DNA from: a virus | Strand: one strand, 5' to 3' | Virus record (IMG/VR): IMGVR_UViG_3300008517_000034 | Location: 1-64,000 of that record | DNA length: 64,000 nucleotides | In this document: piece by piece, positions 8,160-16,557 of the stretch | Layout of the letters: each line of letters starts with the position of its first letter | How positions within the stretch are numbered: the first letter of the stretch is position 1 | Notes under the pieces: generated by a model | Told to the model about the DNA's origin: nothing | Database searches by the model: none | The model's input: only the letters and a program-made list of their open reading frames with translations | Translations under genes and position numbers: made by a program

Positions 8160-8678
8160 CTATAATTTCAGGATCCAAACAGGTATCTTGTTCAAAGTTC
8201 GGATAATCGGAATAATATTCTCAAGGTATTTAGAATCACTCGCATATCCAGCTTTGCATACTTCAGTAATAAATTGCTCTGCATCGTCTAAATATTCAAA
8301 AGCTTTCCGATATCTCTGTTCTCCATTATCATCTTTTGAAATTGATAATATTCTTGCATGATCGTTGAAGCTCTCCTTATAAGAGTAATATGCTCTAAAA
8401 TGTAATAGTTTTAATTCCATCTCTCCATTAATTTCCTCATGAGTATAGCAGGTTACATATCCGTTAGTTCCAACCCAACCTTTTTCGGGATATGCTTTTA
8501 TCGCAAATAAATTATAGGATCTTTTTCCAGTTTCTTTATCATAAGGCTCAGACTGACCATACCAAGTTTCTATAACTGCTTGAGCAGCAACTGCCGAAGC
8601 TGGTAGTCTTGTAGTTAGTTTTGATATGTAAGCTTGACGTAAAATCCTAACACACCAGAGGTACTGTTTAAGATTCAT
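8160..8678 (-). CDS. Endolysin, GH73 glucosaminidase/FlgJ-like
   Basis: AQAVIETWYG, YNLFAIKA, FRAY.SYKES, GYASD..Y motifs. Confidence 0.85.
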   Translation of the reverse strand: MNLKQYLWCVRILRQAYISKLTTRLPASAVAAQAVIETWYGQSEPYDKETGKRSYNLFAIKAYPEKGWVGTNGYVTCYTHEEINGEMELKLLHFRAYYSYKESFNDHARILSISKDDNGEQRYRKAFEYLDDAEQFITEVCKAGYASDSKYLENIIPIIRTLNKIPVWILKL

Positions 8679-8866
8679 TTTTTGGCCTCTTCTAATTTCT
8701 CTAATACCTTTTTAATCTTTTTTGCTCTGCCTCTACCAGTTTCGTAATAATCCAAAAGATCAACACAAGAAACTCGAAACATCTCATATTCTTCTGGAGT
8801 CAAGACTAAAATAATTGCACCTTCATCCTCTTCATTTTTTAAGTTAGAACTTATTTTTTCTGACAT
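8675..8866 (-). CDS. Hypothetical protein
   Basis: ORF track; AGGAG RBS. Confidence 0.5.
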   Translation of the reverse strand: MSEKISSNLKNEEDEGAIILVLTPEEYEMFRVSCVDLLDYYETGRGRAKKIKKVLEKLEEAKK

Positions 8867-8970
8867 CTTTATCTCTCCTAAAATGTTTTATATAATATGC
8901 TGCATCTATACTAATTGCCAGACCAATAATGCACCAATAAACAAGAATAAAAATTTTAAGCCATAGATCA

Positions 8971-9186
8971 TCAATCATTATTTGCTTCCTCCTGAGTTCC
9001 CTTCAGAAAGAACCTTAGAATCTCCCGTTCCAATCCCATTAAAATTCCATATGCTGCCACTCCTTGAGTGGTTACACTTGATAAGTCAGCGAAAAAGTTT
9101 AACGTAACTCTAATAAAAAGATAAGTCAATATAAAAACTAAAGCTCTTCTTATTATCCGGTTTTCCACAATCCATTTATTAATCAT
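8971..9186 (-). CDS. Putative holin
   Basis: Small, two hydrophobic segments, next to the endolysin. Confidence 0.55.
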   Translation of the reverse strand: MINKWIVENRIIRRALVFILTYLFIRVTLNFFADLSSVTTQGVAAYGILMGLEREILRFFLKGTQEEANND

Positions 9187-9187
9187 C

Positions 9188-9439
9188 TTACATAAATTTC
9201 ATAATCAGAGAAGCTACTGTCCCGGCAATCCCGGCAATAATAGCTGCCCAGATTAAGAAATGATTTCCAATTCTCCTTTCCTCATTTTCTCTATGGGATT
9301 CTAATCTCACTATTCTCGAAGTATGATCATCGACTTTCTCTTTTGTATTTTTACTATTCTCCTTAATCTCTTTTAAAGTTTTATCAATTGAGTCTAATCT
9401 TGTTATAATTACGCCATAAGTTTGACCTTTTTTAGGCAT
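9188..9439 (-). CDS. XhlA-like holin/hemolysin-type membrane protein
   Basis: N-terminal coiled coil (RIVRLE) plus C-terminal TM helix, in the lysis module. Confidence 0.6.
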   Translation of the reverse strand: MPKKGQTYGVIITRLDSIDKTLKEIKENSKNTKEKVDDHTSRIVRLESHRENEERRIGNHFLIWAAIIAGIAGTVASLIMKFM

Positions 9440-10294
9440 GTTTCTTCATCTCCTCTAGCTCTCTTTTTTCCTCAAGTTTTAGTCCATTTTGCAAGGCCCG
9501 CTTTGGGTTCTTTCTAATATCATGTTCCCATAACCAAGCTATTTTATAACCGTTTTTAGTGACAAACTTTGCTAATTTCTTATCCCTGCTCTTCCTGCAA
9601 GGCAAATTATGCCAATAGTCTCCGTTACATTCGATAATCAGCTTTTGGGCAGGAATATAAATATCCACAATGAATTCATAGCTATTAAATGAAACTTGGA
9701 TTGATAGTCAATTTTCATTTTATCTAATTCTCCCCAAATTAATTTTTCAATTGCAGACGGATTCGCTTTGTGAGACGCTTTATGCCCTGCTTTAATCCAA
9801 GGTTCCAAATGTTCTCTTTTTTTCTTTTTAGTCATTTTGGCAAAATTTTCTCGGATAGTTTTATTTCTTTTTTGCTTTACTTCTAAAGTTTGAGAAGCTA
9901 CTTGCCCCGCTAAAATCCAGGCTTCGCAATATTTCCTTCTCTCCGTTTTCTTCATCTTTGCAAACATTTGTTTTTTTATTTTCTTTTGAGCTTCGCTCAT
10001 TTTTTCTTTACTTGCTTCAGTATGATGATGTCCTTGACTTCTTTTATTGCCTTTTGCTGCTTCGCTCATCTTGAGTTTTGTATCGATAGAGTAAACAGAT
10101 AATTTCCCTTTATTCCAAGGAGAAATTCCTAAGCGTGATTTGCTTATTCTTTGTTTTGTCTCTTTAGAAAGATGTTTCCCTGTATGCGCTATGCTCATTT
10201 TTCTTTTAGTCTCTTCGGAAAGAAGTTTTCCTTTTTGAGCCTTACTATTATTTTTTCTCATCTCTTTAGTTCTTATATAAATTCCAGTCGGCAT
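9432..10294 (-). pseudogene. NUMOD3-repeat + Vsr/DUF559-like homing endonuclease, split by a 1-nt frameshift near 9700
   Basis: Repeats SEETKRKMS/TKQRIS/TKLKMS/SKEKMS; after DYQ the alternative frame reads QVSFNSYEFIVDIYIP...IECNGDYWH. Confidence 0.75.
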
Positions 10295-10297
10295 ATT

Positions 10298-11083
10298 TCA
10301 CTCCATTCCTTTCAAACTCTTAAATGACCTGTCAACAACTCTTGATTCTCCTCGTTTTAACTGTTTAAGATTTCTAATAAGTCTTAATTTCCTGTGAAAA
10401 ATATTTGTTCCTTCTAATATTTCTCCTTTTTCTGACCTCATCTGCCACTCCATTTTTCCGGAGCGCCAATTTCTTGAAATGACCCAATATAAACCTTCGG
10501 GGAAAGTCTGTTCACCAATCTCAATATAATTTTTAAAATTCAGATCATGCCACCAAGATGTATTGGAAAATGCTAACAATACTCCTTCTTTTCTATACAC
10601 GCAAATAGCATGACCTCCCGCCACAACCTTATAACTAAATTCACCAGTCGCTTGATTATAAGAATACTTTCTATAAAATCCATAATACTCTAACCAATGA
10701 ACTTCTGTAATTAGCTTTAAAACAACCATTACAAATCTACCTAATACATCACAAACTAACCGAGCAAATCCATCACAATCGCACGTTCCTCTTTTCCATA
10801 CTTCATCCGGTAAATCCCAGTAATCCAGCTTATGAAATAAATCCCAATCAGATACCCAATGATAAAATCTTTTCCATTTCCCATCTATCAGAACTTTCTT
10901 CTGCAATTCTAAGGCCATTAAAGTATCAGTAGTTATCTTCTTCATATAATCACAATAGTTTCTCCATCTCTCGGTGGTCTCGTCAACTAATTGCCACATA
11001 TGAAAATGTGGATCTAAATTATATTTGCATCTCATTAAGATTAAAACTAAGACTCCTATAATTATTAAAATTATCCAAATCAT
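10298..11083 (-). CDS. Membrane-anchored transglutaminase-like cysteine peptidase
   Basis: N-terminal TM helix; GTCDCDGFA and GHAICV (Cys/His catalytic pattern). Confidence 0.65.
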   Translation of the reverse strand: MIWIILIIIGVLVLILMRCKYNLDPHFHMWQLVDETTERWRNYCDYMKKITTDTLMALELQKKVLIDGKWKRFYHWVSDWDLFHKLDYWDLPDEVWKRGTCDCDGFARLVCDVLGRFVMVVLKLITEVHWLEYYGFYRKYSYNQATGEFSYKVVAGGHAICVYRKEGVLLAFSNTSWWHDLNFKNYIEIGEQTFPEGLYWVISRNWRSGKMEWQMRSEKGEILEGTNIFHRKLRLIRNLKQLKRGESRVVDRSFKSLKGME

Positions 11084-11095
11084 TTCATCAACTCC

Positions 11096-12940
11096 TTACT
11101 CTAAATCATTCCATTTAGTAAATTCCTTAGTATTCCATTTAGAAATTGCATGATTACTCCATGTATGTGTCCATCCTACAGTAGTAATTGCTATTGTAAG
11201 CGATGCAAGACAAGTTCCAATAGATAAAGGTTCGGTTATATCCCACAATTCAAATTCATAAGTGGACTCATCAATCGCATCATCGCAACTCAAAGCCCAT
11301 TGAAATTCAGTATAATATTCATCAGCTAAGGAATATGTTCCACTATCAGGAAGAATATTATCTCCTTCACTTTCCAATCCATTTTGCCAGGTATAGGCAG
11401 ATTGAACATCGCATAATTTTTCCCCTATAATTAAATCTCCACCATCTGTAAGGTCAGTAATGGCAGAATAAGTTATCGCTCCTGTGCTTCCTACATCAGC
11501 AAATGTCCCGCCAGAAATTCTCCATCGTAATTTATAAGCCCTGGCATAAGGCCCTTTTGAGCCATAAATTCTAGTAGCTAAAATAAAATCTTTTGTCTTA
11601 GTCCAAGCTGTTTTCATTACATATTGACGAACCTTATCAAAATCTGGACCCACTATGAATATTTCAAGTCCATCAGATTTTACATACAAACCATATGGTT
11701 TTGTTTCCTGAGAAGTAACAACATAGCTTTTACTATCGTATGTAGCAGTTGAAACGTCCCATGCTGTAGAAAGAGTATATTGAAAAATAGTATCATTGCC
11801 GTACCCCATTACATATAATTTAAATCCATCTGGTTTAAAAATTGCAGCATAAGGAGAAGTACTCTCGGATATTGTATCTAACTTCTTTGTTTCATAAGAT
11901 GCAGATGTTACATCCCATGCTGTAGTAAGAGAGTACTGATAAACTCCAGCTGCAGAAGAGAACGCATTTGTTACATACATCTTTAGACCGTCTGGCTTGA
12001 AAAATACCCCCGATGGGCTAGTAACCTGATTTGTTACACTAAAACTCTTATCATTATAAGAGGCGGTTGAAACGTCCCATGCTGTAGAAAGGGTATACTG
12101 AAAAACTGAATCATTAGATTGACCTGTTACGTACATTTCAGTACCATCTGGTTTAAAAAATAAGCCAAATGGATAAGGATCTTCAGATATAGTAAAACTC
12201 TTATTGTCATATGTAGCTGTAGATGGTTTCCATGCTGTAGAGAGAGAATACTGGTAGACCGTTTTATTTGCGTAGCCTAGTACATACATTTTAAGTCCAT
12301 CTGGTTTAAAAAATACCTGTACTGGAGTATCATCTTCAGATATCCCCAAACTTTCTGCTCCTACTGTAAAAGTACTTATATCCCATGGAGTACCCTGTAC
12401 CACATCTCCATCATCAACCCCTGATCGGTCTATTCTAGAAGCATTTGCAATACGAGAAGCACCTAAAGTCACATAATAAACTGGGTCATAAAACTGAAAT
12501 GAATACAAATATGCCGTGTCTGTTTTTTTTGCATAAAATCGAACTCTTGCCTTAGTGACGAACTCAACGGTTCCTATGCTTTTCTCTTCCCAAATTTGAT
12601 CACCAAAAACTCCCTCGTATAAATCATTCCACATATCATTGTAATACAAATCTATATCTATCAGATTAATGCCAGCTAATCCTTCCCAGTGTGCATAAAA
12701 TCTTACTGCGCCACAATTGGGAACGTTCCTGATTAATTCAATGAAACTACTCCAAACCTTGGCTTCAGTAACCATGGTAGTCCCGGCAGTATTAAGATAT
12801 CCATCACCTATTAACTCCTCATTTAACCATTGATTATCAGGATCATTATAATTCGAGGGATATTTCCAGAATCCTGTTTGAGCAAATACAGAAGTTACAA
12901 AGACTAAAACAAATAAAATAATTAACAATAATTTTTTCAT
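11096..12940 (-). CDS. Beta-propeller repeat protein (putative receptor-binding/tail) with signal-like N-terminus
   Basis: About five repeats of FFKPDG.KMYV...VYQY.L.TAWDV..A.Y; N-terminus MKKLLLIILFVLVFVTSVFA. Confidence 0.7.
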   Translation of the reverse strand: MKKLLLIILFVLVFVTSVFAQTGFWKYPSNYNDPDNQWLNEELIGDGYLNTAGTTMVTEAKVWSSFIELIRNVPNCGAVRFYAHWEGLAGINLIDIDLYYNDMWNDLYEGVFGDQIWEEKSIGTVEFVTKARVRFYAKKTDTAYLYSFQFYDPVYYVTLGASRIANASRIDRSGVDDGDVVQGTPWDISTFTVGAESLGISEDDTPVQVFFKPDGLKMYVLGYANKTVYQYSLSTAWKPSTATYDNKSFTISEDPYPFGLFFKPDGTEMYVTGQSNDSVFQYTLSTAWDVSTASYNDKSFSVTNQVTSPSGVFFKPDGLKMYVTNAFSSAAGVYQYSLTTAWDVTSASYETKKLDTISESTSPYAAIFKPDGFKLYVMGYGNDTIFQYTLSTAWDVSTATYDSKSYVVTSQETKPYGLYVKSDGLEIFIVGPDFDKVRQYVMKTAWTKTKDFILATRIYGSKGPYARAYKLRWRISGGTFADVGSTGAITYSAITDLTDGGDLIIGEKLCDVQSAYTWQNGLESEGDNILPDSGTYSLADEYYTEFQWALSCDDAIDESTYEFELWDITEPLSIGTCLASLTIAITTVGWTHTWSNHAISKWNTKEFTKWNDLE

Positions 12941-12942
12941 GC

Positions 12943-14559
12943 TTAAATTTCTCCTACATCACAAGAAGGATTAAAAAATAAGATATCTGCTGATTTCGCT
13001 ACTCCTACTCTTTGAACCTGGTCACCTGTTTCGGTCGGTGCAGTAGAAGTCATAGCCCCAGCAGTGAGGCCAACATAAACCATGGACCCAGCAAACTCGA
13101 AAGCGCTATCATCTCTTATATATCCCATAACAAGCATTAGACAGGTCTGCCCATCTGATTTAGTTTCTAAAGCAACTCTTAATCCTGGCACAGTGTCTGC
13201 TGCATCTGCATCAGTCTTTTTCCATTCTTTGTCAGTCCAGTTGAAATAAAGTAAATCTCCAAAAACTACCGATTCACCGACTGGTTGGCTATCAGTTAAT
13301 CCACTATAAGTATGGTCTGAGCCTAAAGCATTAGTTAAAATTAAAGTAGTATCAGTATTTTGAGCATGCTTCTTTGTTACCGCATTAGCCACATCTGTAT
13401 CGGTATTAGTCCCCTGTTCCATAATCCCGGTGGCATTATTTATCTTTGCAATTCTCCCAGCAGTAAAATCGCCAGTCTTAGTTACTTCATCAACTAATAT
13501 TGCTTTAATCTTTGCATCAGAATCAACTGTTGGGTCTACTTCTGTGGCCACCTTTGTATCAGCATAGGCCTTGGTAGCTGCATCTTGTGCGTCTACCGGG
13601 TCAACTACATTAATTATTTTATGGGTTCCCATATTAAGGTCCTGGGTTTGTATCCCTAAAGCAGTATCTGTGTTTTGGCTATGCTTCTTAGTTACCGCAT
13701 CCTCGATATTCGCTCCAGGAGAAGTTATATCTGCTAAATCCGCAGCATTATTACCAGACAAATCTAAGTTTTTAAGTAATGTCCAAGACTCAGCAGTAAT
13801 ACATTTATAAAATTTATCTGTATCAGTAGCTAAATATATATCTCCTACGGCAGGAGTAGCCGATTTACTGGCATCCAATCCCCTTTTAATCTTATCAACA
13901 GAAGCATTCCCTACCGTTCCAGATATATCTCCTCCTTGAGTTTCACTTCCTGAAGTATGTTTTTTGGTAACTGCATCTTTAACGTCTACTGCCGTAGAAC
14001 TATTACCTATCCCGTCGTCAACGGTCTCGGCTTTATCCACTATCTCATCGGTATCGGTATCATAAACTGCTTTTGTCATATCCCCGGCACCAGCAGGAGT
14101 TCCAAATTCTAAAGCAGTCTCTCCAGTATTAACTTTAGTATATTTACCCGCCTGTCCAGTATAATCAGCCGGAGTATCAGAGAGCTCCGTAAAAGTCTCA
14201 CTTCCACCTGATTGAGTGGTTTCTGTCCAAACTGCAGCCCCATTAGTATTATCAAGACAAACATAAGATTTGTCATTTGTAATATCTAACCACCTACTGC
14301 CAGCTGTATAGCCCTCATCAACATCATTATTAACAGTAGGAGCAGACGTCGCATCAAATTTACACTTCACTACATTTGTGGCTGCAAGACCTGTATCCTC
14401 TCCGACTCCGTTTATACCATTAAACTTAACTAAATTCCCATCGGTTATCGCACCTTGTATAGCCAATAATACCGTCGATACTGAAGAAGCATTTAAACAA
14501 ACTAAAGAAATAATCAGTATAGGAATTATTAGCCACAACCATTTTTTATTAAACTCCAT
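12943..14559 (-). CDS. Tail fibre-like protein
   Basis: APTVNND..EGY..GS.W and FTELSDTP..Y.G modules; three (D/N)AVTKKH repeats; hydrophobic N-terminus. Confidence 0.7.
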   Translation of the reverse strand: MEFNKKWLWLIIPILIISLVCLNASSVSTVLLAIQGAITDGNLVKFNGINGVGEDTGLAATNVVKCKFDATSAPTVNNDVDEGYTAGSRWLDITNDKSYVCLDNTNGAAVWTETTQSGGSETFTELSDTPADYTGQAGKYTKVNTGETALEFGTPAGAGDMTKAVYDTDTDEIVDKAETVDDGIGNSSTAVDVKDAVTKKHTSGSETQGGDISGTVGNASVDKIKRGLDASKSATPAVGDIYLATDTDKFYKCITAESWTLLKNLDLSGNNAADLADITSPGANIEDAVTKKHSQNTDTALGIQTQDLNMGTHKIINVVDPVDAQDAATKAYADTKVATEVDPTVDSDAKIKAILVDEVTKTGDFTAGRIAKINNATGIMEQGTNTDTDVANAVTKKHAQNTDTTLILTNALGSDHTYSGLTDSQPVGESVVFGDLLYFNWTDKEWKKTDADAADTVPGLRVALETKSDGQTCLMLVMGYIRDDSAFEFAGSMVYVGLTAGAMTSTAPTETGDQVQRVGVAKSADILFFNPSCDVGEI

Positions 14560-14576
14560 TTTTAATCACTTCCTTC

Positions 14577-15671
14577 TTAATAGAAATTCGACAGGATTTG
14601 GGCATACCACTGTTCATCATTGGGCTTATAAGCTAATCTAACTATATCTTCTCCGCCGGCAGCAGTCTGAAGAATTCCTAAAGTTCCTCCTGGCCACTTG
14701 ACTAATTGCTGAACTGTATGAGTCCCTGTTCCCTGATCTGTTAAATCTATCTGTGTCCCGGCGTGAGCATTAGCCTTCGAACTCGCTACCTTAATCTCGG
14801 TCGCACTAACACGGATTGCATAATAAATAGTATCTACCCCTAAAGGATCTGGCAAAGTAGTTGTTGTTTTAAATCGAATTCTTGCGCCGGTAGGAATATC
14901 AATTGTCACATCTATAATATCTGTATCTGCATGAACATTACCTGTGGCTATTGTCGCATCCGACTGAGTAACAATCTCATCCAGCACGCGACTACCGGTG
15001 CCATCTTGCGTAACTATTAATACAGCATTGATAGCTCCAGATGGTTTTGTAATAGTAATTGTGAAATTGTGCCCGGCTGTAAGAATGGCCTTATTGCCAT
15101 TCTTCAAATCCCAAGCAATATTTGTACCAGAAGTCAGTACTTGCTCAGTAAAACTTACGGTATTCTCTTTAGCAAGTAATTCTTTACCTGCGTCAGTCAT
15201 CTCAATCCCGGCTCCGGTCTTTAATTTTCCCGTTCCCTTCGGAGTTATAACTATATCAATATTGTCGTCCGTTCCGACAGCCTCTATTGTCAAAGCAACC
15301 CCGGTGGCTGAAGCTACATTTTTCAAGAAATTAACCGCATCCACAATTGTGTGAAATTCTATGATCTCATTATCATTACCGTCAAGTATTTGATACTTAC
15401 CTACACCCTTTGTCTTAATAATAAAATCTATATTAGTGTCCGTGCCTTCTGCTTTTGCCTGTGGACCACTATCGGCCGCTGCATTCTTCACAGTTATATA
15501 ATTCACTGCATCGGCAGTCGCCTCAGTCTTGATTAATGCCTTTTCATTCACGTCCACTATTCCATCAGAACCAACAAATAGCCGCTTAAACCAGCCCTTT
15601 AGCCAGTTCTTTGCAGAAGTTCCAACTTCTCCTTCTTCATTCGCTCTTGGCACTTGATTCGGAGTAGTCAT
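14577..15671 (-). CDS. Tail fibre/minor tail protein
   Basis: GTDTNID...KG.G repeats; QDGTGSR...VKWPGG motif; shared 70-aa inserted module. Confidence 0.7.
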   Translation of the reverse strand: MTTPNQVPRANEEGEVGTSAKNWLKGWFKRLFVGSDGIVDVNEKALIKTEATADAVNYITVKNAAADSGPQAKAEGTDTNIDFIIKTKGVGKYQILDGNDNEIIEFHTIVDAVNFLKNVASATGVALTIEAVGTDDNIDIVITPKGTGKLKTGAGIEMTDAGKELLAKENTVSFTEQVLTSGTNIAWDLKNGNKAILTAGHNFTITITKPSGAINAVLIVTQDGTGSRVLDEIVTQSDATIATGNVHADTDIIDVTIDIPTGARIRFKTTTTLPDPLGVDTIYYAIRVSATEIKVASSKANAHAGTQIDLTDQGTGTHTVQQLVKWPGGTLGILQTAAGGEDIVRLAYKPNDEQWYAQILSNFY

Positions 15672-15690
15672 TTTAAATCACCTTCCTTTC

Positions 15691-16554
15691 TTATACTTCT
15701 CTTGGGGTAATATCCCCATTTTCATCTATTTCAAAGAAAAAATTAATAGTATTAGGAACCTTAAGATCGGCAATGGGCATTAAATCATTGTTCGTGTCTC
15801 TTTCATGATAAACGTCCATTGGTCCAGGGTCCTCCGCCGGCATTACATCCCCATTATCATCATAATTAAACGCTAGAACCTTGCCCATTTCTGTTTTTGC
15901 ACTTGGTGCCGCTAATAAACTTGAAAGTCTTGTCTTCTTCTTGGCATAACTCGCAACACTGTCCTCAATCAAAATAATATCATCATCGACGGGTGAGGCT
16001 TTTTCACTAAAAGTATTTATATCGCCCGCTTCTCTTTTCAATTGAGCATCATCTGTTACATTTTTTAAGGTTCTTCCCACAATAATCCATTCAACATTAT
16101 TAGATCTCAAAATAAAGCAAGCGTATTGATAATTTAATCCCGTAAGAGTTGATTGTCCATCAATAGTCTCCGCTCCATTAGCACCCAAAGTTATCAAATT
16201 CGAATTATCGTCAGATTTATAAAACACATAATATCGTCCGCCATTTCCTACTGCTGTAGGTAAGTGCAAAGTATAAGGAGCTGCTGCGAAAAGTTTTATT
16301 ATTCCACACTCAGCGATAGTAAGAGTTCCAGTCCCAGTTTTCGCAGTGACCCGATTAACATCAAATTCCAAACCATCTGTATCGTCCTTAGGGTAATGAC
16401 CGTCTCCAAATTTTGTCTGCCCAAAAGTGTCAGCAATATTATTCAGAATCTTTCTTAATTCATTAATAATATTTTTCTCATCAACATGATGAGCAGTCGT
16501 CACCTTGCCATTCACATCGGTTTGATAAAATTTATGAATCGTCATAAACATCAA
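15691..16554 (-). CDS. Tail fibre-associated protein
   Basis: TLHLPTAVG...ETIDG motif common in fibre proteins; D.NGD..P repeats. Confidence 0.6.
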   Translation of the reverse strand: MMFMTIHKFYQTDVNGKVTTAHHVDEKNIINELRKILNNIADTFGQTKFGDGHYPKDDTDGLEFDVNRVTAKTGTGTLTIAECGIIKLFAAAPYTLHLPTAVGNGGRYYVFYKSDDNSNLITLGANGAETIDGQSTLTGLNYQYACFILRSNNVEWIIVGRTLKNVTDDAQLKREAGDINTFSEKASPVDDDIILIEDSVASYAKKKTRLSSLLAAPSAKTEMGKVLAFNYDDNGDVMPAEDPGPMDVYHERDTNNDLMPIADLKVPNTINFFFEIDENGDITPREV

Positions 16555-16557
16555 CTC

